Below, piece after piece: positions 39,016-47,106 of a stretch of DNA of 64,000 nucleotides; within the stretch, counting starts at the first letter, position 1; the number at the start of each line of letters is the position of its first letter. The notes beneath the pieces were generated by a model, which was not told the DNA's origin, did not search any database, and saw nothing but the letters and a program-made list of their open reading frames with translations. A program made the position numbers and the translations under genes. The stretch covers positions 6,437 through 70,436 of the forward strand of contig CAISJD010000022.1 in assembly GCA_903885605.1 (NCBI GenBank), written 5' to 3'. This DNA is from an uncultured Chthonomonas sp. GTDB taxonomy: Bacteria > Armatimonadota > Chthonomonadetes > Chthonomonadales > CAJBBX01.

Positions 39016-40850
39016 GGGGAATGCTCTTGCCGCTGATGGTTGCAGCTCTTGTGGCAGCGCGGGCGGGGCACGCCCAGCAGTCGAGGTTGTTTCCGGTTCG
39101 CAGCTTCGGCGCCGTGGCCAACTCCGGGCAGGATGCCACGGACGCGATCCGTCGAGCCATCAGCGCAGCCTCGGCGGCAGGTTCGCGCTCCGAAGTAGTC
39201 CTCGAAGCCGGGGAGTACCGTGTGGGGGCCGCCGCGCCGGCTGGCTACTGCTTCCCGGTCCAGGGAGCCCGCGAACTCACGGTCCGCGGCGCGGGTAAGC
39301 GAACCAGGATCGTCATCACGAGGCCGGACGTCGGGGCCTTCCTCTTCGGCGCATGCACGCACGTGCGGATCGCCGACCTCACGATTGACTACGACCCGGT
39401 CCCCTTCTGCCAGGGAACGGTGACCAGGGTCGATGTGGACGGAGGCTGGTTTGACCTCGAGGTCGATGCCGACAGCCCGACCCCGGATGCCCCGAACTTC
39501 ACGGGAGCCGCAGAACCCTACGGTAAGTGGGGCATGATCATCGACCGCGCCACGCGGCGCATCCGCGCGGGCACGCCAGACCACTACATGACCCCGAAGT
39601 GGGAGCGCCGGGGCGGTCGGACCTGGCGTTTCTTCACCACTGAGGAGCACTACCGACTGGGCCTGCGCAGCATGCGCGCCGGGGACGCCTATGTGCATCT
39701 CGCCCGCGGCTACGGCGGCGCGATCCTGGCTCAGGCGTGCGACGGCGTCCAGATCGAGCGGGTCACGATCCACGCCTCGCCCGGGCTTGTCGTCGGGCTC
39801 GTGGGCAACAAGGGCGAGATCGCCGTGCGGCGGCTCGAGGCGCGTTTCCTGCCGAAGTCGACCCGCCTCCTGACGGCCAACGCAGACGGCGTCCACTGCC
39901 AACAGAACCGCTCGGGGCCTGTCATCGAAGACTGCTACTTCGAGGGCATGGCAGACGACGGCGTGAACATCTACGCTCCGCCCAACGTGGTGCGCGAGGT
40001 CCGTGGCCCTACCGAATGGCTCGTCACGGCCGGCTGCCTCGTCTTGCCGGGCGAACGGCTACAGGTCCTGGACCCGAAGACAGGCGCCCTGCTGGGGCAG
40101 GTTAAGGTCACCGACGTCGCCGTCGAGGGCCGGGCGTTCCGGCTTACGGTGGACCAAGCCGTCGCCGGCGTCCGTGCAGGCGATGACCACCGGACGGCCT
40201 GCACGCTCTACAACAGGGACGCCTGCGGCGCGGGCTTCGTCATCCGGCGCAACACGATGAACGGCAACCGGCGCTACGGGTGCCTGCTGCGTGCCGGCGG
40301 CGGCGTGGTCGAGGACAACACCTTCGTCAACACGACCGGGGCCGGCGTCGTGGTTTCCAACGAGCCCGACTGGCCCGAGGGGCCGGTCCCGTGGGGCATC
40401 ACGATCCGCCGCAACCGGTTCATCGGGGGAGGCACCTGCTTGGGCTACGCCGACTCACCGACCGGTGCGGCGCTATCGGTGCGCAGTGTGCGTCTGGGCC
40501 ATGCCACGGCCATGGAGCCCGCCGTCAGCGGCATGATCGTGGAGGCGAACCTGTTCAAGGAGCGCGCCGGAACTGCGATCTACCTGGGCGCCTGCCGCGG
40601 AGCAGACGTGCGCGGCAACCGCATCACTGCCTCGGCATCGACCGGGCTGCTTCGCTCTGGCGCCTCGATCGAGGTCGACGGTTGCGCGGGCGTAACGATC
40701 ACGGGCAACGCCGTGACGGATACCCGCAAGGGCACGCTCGCCGGCCTAGCTATCGCAAAGGGAACGGCCTCCGGCGAGGCAGGGGTGCGTGCGATGGGCA
40801 ACCGATGGGGACTGCGCCGCGGAGCGCCCGATATTGCCGACAGGCGCTAG
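39012..40850 (+). CDS. secreted right-handed parallel beta-helix protein (pectate-lyase-3/GH28-like fold)
   Basis: Signal peptide (V)RGMLLPLMVAALVAARAGHA. FPVRSFGAVANSGQDATDAIRRAI is the typical N-terminal strand of this fold. Repeated NxxGxGV/I coil motifs follow (e.g. VNTTGAGVVVSN). AGGAG RBS. Confidence 0.7.
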   Translation: MRGMLLPLMVAALVAARAGHAQQSRLFPVRSFGAVANSGQDATDAIRRAISAASAAGSRSEVVLEAGEYRVGAAAPAGYCFPVQGARELTVRGAGKRTRIVITRPDVGAFLFGACTHVRIADLTIDYDPVPFCQGTVTRVDVDGGWFDLEVDADSPTPDAPNFTGAAEPYGKWGMIIDRATRRIRAGTPDHYMTPKWERRGGRTWRFFTTEEHYRLGLRSMRAGDAYVHLARGYGGAILAQACDGVQIERVTIHASPGLVVGLVGNKGEIAVRRLEARFLPKSTRLLTANADGVHCQQNRSGPVIEDCYFEGMADDGVNIYAPPNVVREVRGPTEWLVTAGCLVLPGERLQVLDPKTGALLGQVKVTDVAVEGRAFRLTVDQAVAGVRAGDDHRTACTLYNRDACGAGFVIRRNTMNGNRRYGCLLRAGGGVVEDNTFVNTTGAGVVVSNEPDWPEGPVPWGITIRRNRFIGGGTCLGYADSPTGAALSVRSVRLGHATAMEPAVSGMIVEANLFKERAGTAIYLGACRGADVRGNRITASASTGLLRSGASIEVDGCAGVTITGNAVTDTRKGTLAGLAIAKGTASGEAGVRAMGNRWGLRRGAPDIADRR

Positions 40851-40931
40851 CCTGCTCCCAAAGCGCGGCGGGGCCCGGCCGCAGCGGATGCGACTGCAAG
40901 CCTCCCGCCCGCTTGCTGCACAAGGCGCGGA

Positions 40932-40959
40932 GGAAACGCAGCCACCTCCGGCGAACGTG
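40932..40959 (+). promoter_or_regulatory. promoter-like motif GGAAAC-N16-AACGTG, 5 nt upstream of the EEP gene ATG
   Basis: Intergenic position. No Shine-Dalgarno lies between the motif and ATG 40965. Same architecture as 32926-32953 and 59277-59304. Confidence 0.3.
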
Positions 40960-40964
40960 CCGCC

Positions 40965-41918
40965 ATGGAACCTGCAAACGCCGCCTCAACGCCCTTCCGC
41001 GTCGTCACCTTCAACCTGCGCAACGGCCGCGCCGATGACGGCCCGGACTCGTGGAGCTTCCGCAGCGCCTGGGTTCCCGCCTGGGTCGCTGGACTGGGAG
41101 CCGACATCATCGGCCTACAGGAGGCGTTCCACGACCAGGCCGAGGCCGTACACGCGGCGCTACGAGGCTTCGTCCGCGCAGGAGTGGGGCGCGATGACGG
41201 GCTCCAGGCCGGCGAGTACTGCCCGCTCTACATCCGCTCAGTGCGCTTCGAGGCGTTGGAGGAGGGCACGTTCTGGTTCTCAGAAGCGCCCGGTACGCCC
41301 GGTTCCATGGCCTGGGGCGCCTCGCACCCGCGCATCTGCACCTGGGTGCGACTGCGCGACAAGGCCACCGGAGGGACGATGTGGGTCGGCAACCTGCACC
41401 TCGACCATGCTTCGCAGGAGGCCCGCCTCCGTAGCGCCGACCAACTGGCGGCCCGCGTGGTGGACTGGTCCCCCGAACCCGCCATCATCATGGGCGACTT
41501 CAACGTGGGCGAGGGCGACCCGGTCCTGGCGCGGCTGCTGCAGCCGGGCCTCCTCACCGATACCTTTCGGGGCATCCATCCGGACGCGGCAGACGCCTGC
41601 ACGTACCACGGCTTCCGGGGCGGCGAGGCAGGCGACAAGATCGACTACATCCTCGCAACGCCCGGCGTCCGCACGCACGGAGCTGCCATCATCCGCACGA
41701 CGCATCAGGGCCGCTATCCTTCGGACCACTACCCCGTGGCGGCCACGCTGACGACACAGGGGGAGAGGCATGGCTCAACGGCCTTGGAATGGGCTGTCGT
41801 CCCAGGGGAACCGAGACGCCGCGCCTCATCACCCCCACCCGCCGCCCCAGCAGGTACCATGCCTCTACATCCGCGATCGCTGGTCCGGACCGATGGCGAA
41901 GGGGAGTGCCTGCCATGA
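40965..41918 (+). CDS. endonuclease/exonuclease/phosphatase (EEP) family protein
   Basis: FRVVTFNLRNG at the N-terminus and ...YPSDHYPVAATL near the domain end. About 55 extra codons run through direct repeat L to the TGA of ctgccATGA. Confidence 0.8.
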   Translation: MEPANAASTPFRVVTFNLRNGRADDGPDSWSFRSAWVPAWVAGLGADIIGLQEAFHDQAEAVHAALRGFVRAGVGRDDGLQAGEYCPLYIRSVRFEALEEGTFWFSEAPGTPGSMAWGASHPRICTWVRLRDKATGGTMWVGNLHLDHASQEARLRSADQLAARVVDWSPEPAIIMGDFNVGEGDPVLARLLQPGLLTDTFRGIHPDAADACTYHGFRGGEAGDKIDYILATPGVRTHGAAIIRTTHQGRYPSDHYPVAATLTTQGERHGSTALEWAVVPGEPRRRASSPPPAAPAGTMPLHPRSLVRTDGEGECLP

Positions 41919-41939
41919 ATCGTCGCGAGTTCATCGGAA
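41822..41939 (+). repeat. direct repeat L (118 bp), left boundary of the 5.3-kb insertion
   Basis: Base-by-base comparison with 47273-47390 gives 113/118 identical in the same orientation. Confidence 0.9.
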
Positions 41940-42004
41940 TCCCGATGGCGGGCATAGAGGGCGGCTCTGGTCTGGTAGTTCTGGGCAGCAGGTCGGCTGG
42001 GTAG
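41915..42004 (+). pseudogene. orphaned 5' fragment of the NIPSNAP gene (first 9 codons, then unrelated sequence)
   Basis: MNRREFIG matches the start of the intact gene at 47366. The sequence diverges after ttcatcggaa and stops after 29 codons. Confidence 0.6.
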
Positions 42005-42230
42005 AGCCTTCTCCAAGGTTTGCGGGCATGACACACCCGAGCCTGCCGGCGGACGGACACGCCCGGCGGAGCTTCTGCGATGGCGGTTGCTGGCGGCCTT
42101 CGGGCTCGATCCCGGGCACAGCCACTGGATCAGGTCGTCGGCTCCCGCCTGGTCGGACGGCGCCGCCCCCACCGAGGCATCCCGTGGCAGGAGCCCGAGC
42201 GGGGGCGGCTCTCAACATGAAGACGATGAC

Positions 42231-42533
42231 CTAGAACGCCACGAAGACGTCAGTGCCGATGACCACCTGATCGCCAGAGAATCCGCCAACAGGGTCTGTC
42301 GCCGGGCGTGCGATCGCCACCTCCAGAACCGCCAGAGCAACGCCCACAACCCGCAGCGTAGGACCCCTCCCGGCCGGTCGCCAGTACCGTTCAAGCCACA
42401 CCGTGACGGTACCACACATGTGGGGCGGGAAGGGTCGGGTTCGGATGGGCTCGTTAGCCTGAATGCCGCTGAAGGTTTGAGCCCAAGTGGCCCGCGCGGC
42501 GGAACCCAGCTCGCGGCTGATTGAGTAGCACAT
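42231..42533 (-). CDS. hypothetical 100-aa ORF divergent from the kinase gene (possibly a gene remnant)
   Basis: Moderately GC3-rich with a beta-strand-like C-terminus ...GDQVVIGTDVFVAF. No RBS seen and no family recognised. Confidence 0.2.
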   Translation of the reverse strand: MCYSISRELGSAARATWAQTFSGIQANEPIRTRPFPPHMCGTVTVWLERYWRPAGRGPTLRVVGVALAVLEVAIARPATDPVGGFSGDQVVIGTDVFVAF

Positions 42534-42601
42534 CAGCCAGCTTCAGATCCAAGGGTATCCTAACAGCGAACTGCGCCTACACCAACGAGGGTAGCTGTCC
42601 A

Positions 42602-43996
42602 ATGCCGACTGCTGTGCTGAAATCGCCTCCCGCCGGAATGCCGACCAGTATCGTCCTCACCGACCGAACGCGCGTCGGAGGCGAAGGTACGGTCCACTTC
42701 AGTACTGACGGCAAGTATGCGATAAAGGTCTACCACGGGACCCCGGTCGAGCGAGAGAAGCTGCTCGGCTACGTGATGACCATCTTCCGGACGATACCCC
42801 GCGACCAAGAGCGTTACATACTGCCTCCCCTGGCTCTGGTCCAGTCGCTCAACGGGAAGCCGTGCGTCGGATTCGTAATGCGACGGGTCGAGGACAGGTA
42901 CCGCGAACTGGTGGATTTCGTACTCCACCCGGCAGCGGCGGCGGCGCAGTTCAAGCAGGGACGCACGTGGGCCGACTATCTGAAACTCGCCCGCAGCATC
43001 AGTAGCGCCCTGGTCGTCCTGCACGGCAAGGGCTGTGCGCATAGTGACATACACTTCAGTAACTTCCTGGCCGACCTCCGCGATGGCTCGGCAGTTATGC
43101 TGGAGGTCGATGGTGTCGTCGTGCCTGGGTTTCTGCCGGCCCAGGTCGCCGGGATGGCGGGTTTCATGGCGCCGGAGATCGTGCACCGGAAGGCGCGGCC
43201 CGACGAGCGCACGGACCGCCACAGCCTGGCGGTCTTGGTCCTCCATACACTGCTGTTCCGCAACGCCATGCAGCCGCTCATCGACTATGCAACAGACCCC
43301 GAGACGAGCGAGCAACTGGGCTGGGGAGAGATGGCGCTCTTTAGCGAACACCCAGCCGACCGACGCCATCGGCCAAAGGCGCTCGGCGTGCCTCTCTTCT
43401 CGCGCGGCTGCCTTAGCTACACCATGCTGACCGAGGAACTCCGCCGTCTCACGGATCAGGCATTCATGGCAGGCCTGCGAGTGCCAGACGACCGGCCGAC
43501 CTCACGTGACTGGGAGCGAGCGCTCGCTTGCGCTATCGACGAGCTGTGGCCCTGCACCCGGTGTCGGCAGTGGTTCCCGTATCCACACTGGTTGGTCCCT
43601 GCGGAGCGCCGCACCTGTCCCTTCTGTGGTATGCGGATCAGCCCCCCGGCTCCCGTCGTCCTGCGTCTCTTAGAGGAGCGCGGCAAGACCGGCTTCTACA
43701 CCACCCATCGGCGGGTGGTCTTGGGCTCTGGCTTCCGGCTGTATGCGGACGTCGTCGATCCATCCAGGGTGCCGCCGCCTTCCCGGCAGCAGGAAGGGCA
43801 TGTAGCTCATGTCGAATGGGATCGTGTCCGGTGCACATGGCGGCTGGTGAACGACAACGCCGGTGTGATCACGAGTTCAGTGGACGGCGCCCGACAGGAG
43901 GCCCGCAGGGGTTCCAGCATCGTTGTGGAGCAGGGCGCCCAGATCCATTTCGGCCCTGGCGCTAGGATGGCCTTAGTGGTGCAGGCAGGAGCGTAG
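42602..43996 (+). CDS. Ser/Thr protein kinase-like protein with a C-terminal zinc ribbon and FHA-like domain (TerY-P/YegI-type)
   Basis: Beta3 Lys context GKYAIKVY, catalytic loop HSDIHFSNFL (HxDxxxxN) and activation-segment end GFMAPE. The Zn ribbon is CTRC...CPFC. The C-terminal 110 aa follow an FHA-like pattern (HVAHVEWD..WRLVNDNAGVITSSVDG...IVVEQGAQIHFG). I place the start at ATG 42602. Confidence 0.75.
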   Translation: MPTAVLKSPPAGMPTSIVLTDRTRVGGEGTVHFSTDGKYAIKVYHGTPVEREKLLGYVMTIFRTIPRDQERYILPPLALVQSLNGKPCVGFVMRRVEDRYRELVDFVLHPAAAAAQFKQGRTWADYLKLARSISSALVVLHGKGCAHSDIHFSNFLADLRDGSAVMLEVDGVVVPGFLPAQVAGMAGFMAPEIVHRKARPDERTDRHSLAVLVLHTLLFRNAMQPLIDYATDPETSEQLGWGEMALFSEHPADRRHRPKALGVPLFSRGCLSYTMLTEELRRLTDQAFMAGLRVPDDRPTSRDWERALACAIDELWPCTRCRQWFPYPHWLVPAERRTCPFCGMRISPPAPVVLRLLEERGKTGFYTTHRRVVLGSGFRLYADVVDPSRVPPPSRQQEGHVAHVEWDRVRCTWRLVNDNAGVITSSVDGARQEARRGSSIVVEQGAQIHFGPGARMALVVQAGA

Positions 43997-44107
43997 CGGA
44001 ATCTCCGAGCAGGGCTTCCGGTTTGTGCGGTGTTCCGAGAGTACGTAGGCAGACCAGTCCGGTTGCGGCGCACCCCATGCGCCCTTCGCACGAAAGGAGC
44101 TGACCAG

Positions 44108-44800
44108 ATGACTGATTTCGATATGAACGTCACGATGGGTGAGGGTGTACGGCGGCTGCCGGTGTACCTCTTGCTCGACTGCTCCGGGAGCATGGGTGGC
44201 GCGCCGATTGAATCGGTGAAGCGCGGTGTCGAGTTGTTCATCAGCGAGGTTGCCGGGGATACGTACGCCAGGCAGACGGTGCATGTCGGTGTGATCACCT
44301 TTGCCAGCGAGGCAGCTCTCGTGACCAAGGGCCTCGTGCCCTTCGACGCCTTCACGATGCCGACCCTGAGTGCGAGCGGCACGACGGCTCTGGGTGGCGC
44401 GCTACGGTTGCTGCGGCAGTCGCTTGACTCGGACCTGAGGAAGTCGGTGCCCGGCGGCGAGAAGGGCGACTGGAAGCCACTGGTGTTCGTTCTGACCGAC
44501 GGGGCGCCGACCGATGCATGGCAGGAGCCGCGTCAGGACCTCCTCAGTCGCCAGAGCGGTAAGGTGATCAACATGATCACGGTCGGATGCGGCACCGGCA
44601 TCAATGAGGAGCAGATCAAGGCGATCGCCATCGGTCCGACCTTTCGCATGGATGCAACGGAAAGCTCATTTAAGACATTCTTCCAGTGGGTTTCGCAGAG
44701 CGTTAAGGCCGTAAGCAAGGCCGTCAGCCAGCCCGATGCCGGGCAGGCGCCGAGTGCCATGCCACAGCCCGACCCTGCGGTGATCCAGTACGTTCCATGA
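44108..44800 (+). CDS. von Willebrand factor A domain protein, TerY-like
   Basis: AAAGGAG RBS. The MIDAS motif sits in LPVYLLLDCSGSMGG, with SASGTTALGGAL and VFVLTDGAPTD further on. Confidence 0.85.
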   Translation: MTDFDMNVTMGEGVRRLPVYLLLDCSGSMGGAPIESVKRGVELFISEVAGDTYARQTVHVGVITFASEAALVTKGLVPFDAFTMPTLSASGTTALGGALRLLRQSLDSDLRKSVPGGEKGDWKPLVFVLTDGAPTDAWQEPRQDLLSRQSGKVINMITVGCGTGINEEQIKAIAIGPTFRMDATESSFKTFFQWVSQSVKAVSKAVSQPDAGQAPSAMPQPDPAVIQYVP

Positions 44801-45918
44801 AACCGGTACGGGGGAGCAGCCCGGCAGAGACGGGTATGGCACTCGGGGATCGTCCGCTCTCGATGGCGGGTGATACACATCCGGACTGGTTGGCCGCGCA
44901 TGGTCAGGTGGGTGCGTGGTCCATCGTGGCCGCTTCGGCGGTGGGCCAAATGCACCTCCGCGACCAGACCCCGCGAGACGATGCGTTCTCCGTTCGGGCC
45001 ATAGGACCCTGGCTGGCTGTGGCCGTGGCCGACGGTGCGGGTTCTATGCGTCGCTCCCGCTACGGGGCGGCCTTCGCTGTAGACACGCTTACCGAGCGGC
45101 TCCTCTGTGCCGTCTACGATGCGGCTCCGGCCGACGATCCCGGCCCTACCGGGCCCGGCCCTGACGGCCCTACGCCGCCTTCAGGTCCAGGGCTCCTGAG
45201 CCGGCTCGTGCAGTCACTGCCTGCACGAACGAAGGTCATTGACGGGCCCTCGGTTGTCGGGTTCGACGAGGTGGCCCTGCGGGAACCACGCGTCGAGGCG
45301 AGCGCCTGCTGGGCGTCCGTGGCGTGGCGCAGGCCCGACGCACCGGCACAACCTGCGGCGCTCGACATGGTAGCGCCGTCGCTCTCCGCGGCGGTCCGCT
45401 CGGCGTTTGGTAGCACGCGGGCTGAGTTGGAAGGCTATGTCTCGCGGCTCGGTGTCCCCTTGCGCGACATCCACTGCACGCTGATGTGCGTCCTGCTTGA
45501 CACTCGCACAGGCGCGTTCGCCGCCGGGCACATTGGCGACGGCCTGATCGCGGCGCTCCATCCGGGTTTCGGTGCGAGACCGGCGGTGGAGCCGCCGAGC
45601 ACCGGCAACGTGGGCGAAACCTACCTGATCACTCAGGATGGATGGGAACGGTACCTGGCGGTCACAGAGTCATCGCCCGCCGAGGCCGAAGGCATTTCGA
45701 CCCTGTATCTGATGTCGGACGGCGTGGCCGACGACTGTAGCCACCCGCCGCCGCCGGGCGTGTTCGATCGCTGGGCCCGCGATATCGATCGCGAGGTCCG
45801 CTCCTCCGCCGGCGCAGGCACGTCGGCAGTCAGGCTCGTGCGGTGGCTGGCCAACTACGAGCTCCCGGGCAGTTGGGATGATCGGACGCTGGTCGTGTTG
45901 GCGAAGGTCGGCGAGTAG
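44797..45918 (+). CDS. PP2C-family protein phosphatase (PP2C_2-like)
   Basis: ATGA overlap with the vWA gene. Motifs SAVGQMHLRDQTPRDDAF, LAVAVADGAGS, HIGDGLI and LMSDGVADD, with a Pro/Gly-rich insert. Confidence 0.8.
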   Translation: MKPVRGSSPAETGMALGDRPLSMAGDTHPDWLAAHGQVGAWSIVAASAVGQMHLRDQTPRDDAFSVRAIGPWLAVAVADGAGSMRRSRYGAAFAVDTLTERLLCAVYDAAPADDPGPTGPGPDGPTPPSGPGLLSRLVQSLPARTKVIDGPSVVGFDEVALREPRVEASACWASVAWRRPDAPAQPAALDMVAPSLSAAVRSAFGSTRAELEGYVSRLGVPLRDIHCTLMCVLLDTRTGAFAAGHIGDGLIAALHPGFGARPAVEPPSTGNVGETYLITQDGWERYLAVTESSPAEAEGISTLYLMSDGVADDCSHPPPPGVFDRWARDIDREVRSSAGAGTSAVRLVRWLANYELPGSWDDRTLVVLAKVGE

Positions 45919-45923
45919 GCCTG

Positions 45924-46727
45924 ATGGCAGAGGAGCGGTCCTGTTTCGTGGCGCCGGACCAAGCGGGCCTCCTCCTCAGCGAGCTGGCACAGGCGGTCGC
46001 CGATGGCAGGCGTCTCGGTTCCAGCGAGATCTCGCAGATCGTCTCGCGGCACCTCGCCGGTTCCTCGGATGACGCCCTGCCCCGAGTCGGCGAGTGGTAC
46101 CGGGTTCTTGTCGATGCTCCGCGCCGCAGGGGGCACGACGCTGAGTACGCAGTCGTGACGCGCCTGATGGGTCTCGGCGTGCCGGAAGCGCCGGCGTTAC
46201 TCGCTGTCAGTGTGGCCCGATCTGCCTCGATCCCCAACGCGAGTGGCGAGTCTGGTGTATCTTTGGGAGCCGCTTCGACGAGCACGCGTCGTGCCGGCGA
46301 TGGGGTGCGTTGGTCGGGGTCTGCGTACAGGTCCCGCGCGCCGAGCGCCAGTGGGGTCAGCCCTGCTTCCGCTCCTCCTTCTCCTGTGGTCGGGCGGACG
46401 GCGTCCCCTCAGCAGGGCTCGTCAGTTCGGGGCGGGCAACTTACGCGGCCTGGCAAGATTCCTCTGGCCCGACCCAACAGGCGTCAATCACGAGCAGCTT
46501 TGCTATGGCCAGTGCATATCTATGCCTTGTATATCCGGAAGTCATGGTCAATCATGCTGAGTGTGCCACTGCTGAGTCCTCAAACTTCAGGCGACATTAC
46601 CAGCACATCTGATGCTATTAGATATGGTGCCATGTTAATAGTCACTGGCGCTGTAATGTGGCATCCTTTACGGTTGACATGTATAATGCTATATACTATC
46701 TACACATTCATCAGAGGAATTATATAA
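45924..46727 (+). CDS. hypothetical protein; only the first ~95 codons look confidently coding
   Basis: Starts 5 nt after the PP2C stop. GC3 is high up to about 46200. A Ser/Pro/Gly-rich low-complexity stretch follows, then a hydrophobic tail encoded in the AT-rich segment. The true 3' end is unclear. Confidence 0.35.
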   Translation: MAEERSCFVAPDQAGLLLSELAQAVADGRRLGSSEISQIVSRHLAGSSDDALPRVGEWYRVLVDAPRRRGHDAEYAVVTRLMGLGVPEAPALLAVSVARSASIPNASGESGVSLGAASTSTRRAGDGVRWSGSAYRSRAPSASGVSPASAPPSPVVGRTASPQQGSSVRGGQLTRPGKIPLARPNRRQSRAALLWPVHIYALYIRKSWSIMLSVPLLSPQTSGDITSTSDAIRYGAMLIVTGAVMWHPLRLTCIMLYTIYTFIRGII

Positions 46728-46728
46728 T
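46701..46728 (+). promoter_or_regulatory. sigma70-like promoter candidate (TACACA-N16-TATAAT) in the AT-rich cassette
   Basis: TATAAT is at 46723-46728 and the -35-like TACACA at 46701-46706. The GCACAT...ATGTGC inverted repeat around palindrome TGCGCGCA (46735-46758) lies just downstream. Confidence 0.3.
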
Positions 46729-46785
46729 GTGCACGCACATGCACTGCGCGCAATGTGCTATAGAGAATCGGGTGATAGTGCTCCC

Positions 46786-47106
46786 ATGATAACATTAATC
46801 ATGTTAGGCATTGCATTGATCGTTCTGGTATTTATGGTGGGGGCGGCATTGGTGGCAGGCTTGGGGTACGCCGCCATGGCTCTGCTGGGGATAGCATGGT
46901 CCTTCAGTGATAATATTCCCAGGATCATAACAATTATTATATTGTACGGTGCCCCGATTGGTGCCGTAGTGGCTGTAATCTATTACTATTTTGGTTGGTT
47001 GCCAGCCCAAACTCGAATGCTCGCATGTGCAGCAATAGCGGTTGCTCACGTTGTTGGCATCATCTGGACCCTTCGGCGACCCGTGCCGGCCAAGCCAACG
47101 AGGTAA
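46786..47106 (+). CDS. small multi-pass membrane protein (about 106 aa, 3-4 TM helices)
   Basis: The translation is strongly hydrophobic and periodic: ITLIMLGIALIVLVFMVGAALVAGLGYAAMALLGIAW, RIITIIILYGAPIGAVVAVIYYYFGW and MLACAAIAVAHVVGIIWTL, with a basic tail RRPVPAKPTR. The start is ATG 46786 (or GTG 46729). It is encoded in DNA of about 46% GC. Confidence 0.45.
   Translation: MITLIMLGIALIVLVFMVGAALVAGLGYAAMALLGIAWSFSDNIPRIITIIILYGAPIGAVVAVIYYYFGWLPAQTRMLACAAIAVAHVVGIIWTLRRPVPAKPTR

Noticed and set aside
46674-46687. Adjacent perfect TTGACA and TATAAT hexamers
   Set aside because: Only 2 nt separate them, so they cannot act as one -35/-10 pair. I kept only the TACACA-N16-TATAAT candidate at 46701-46728, and that only tentatively.
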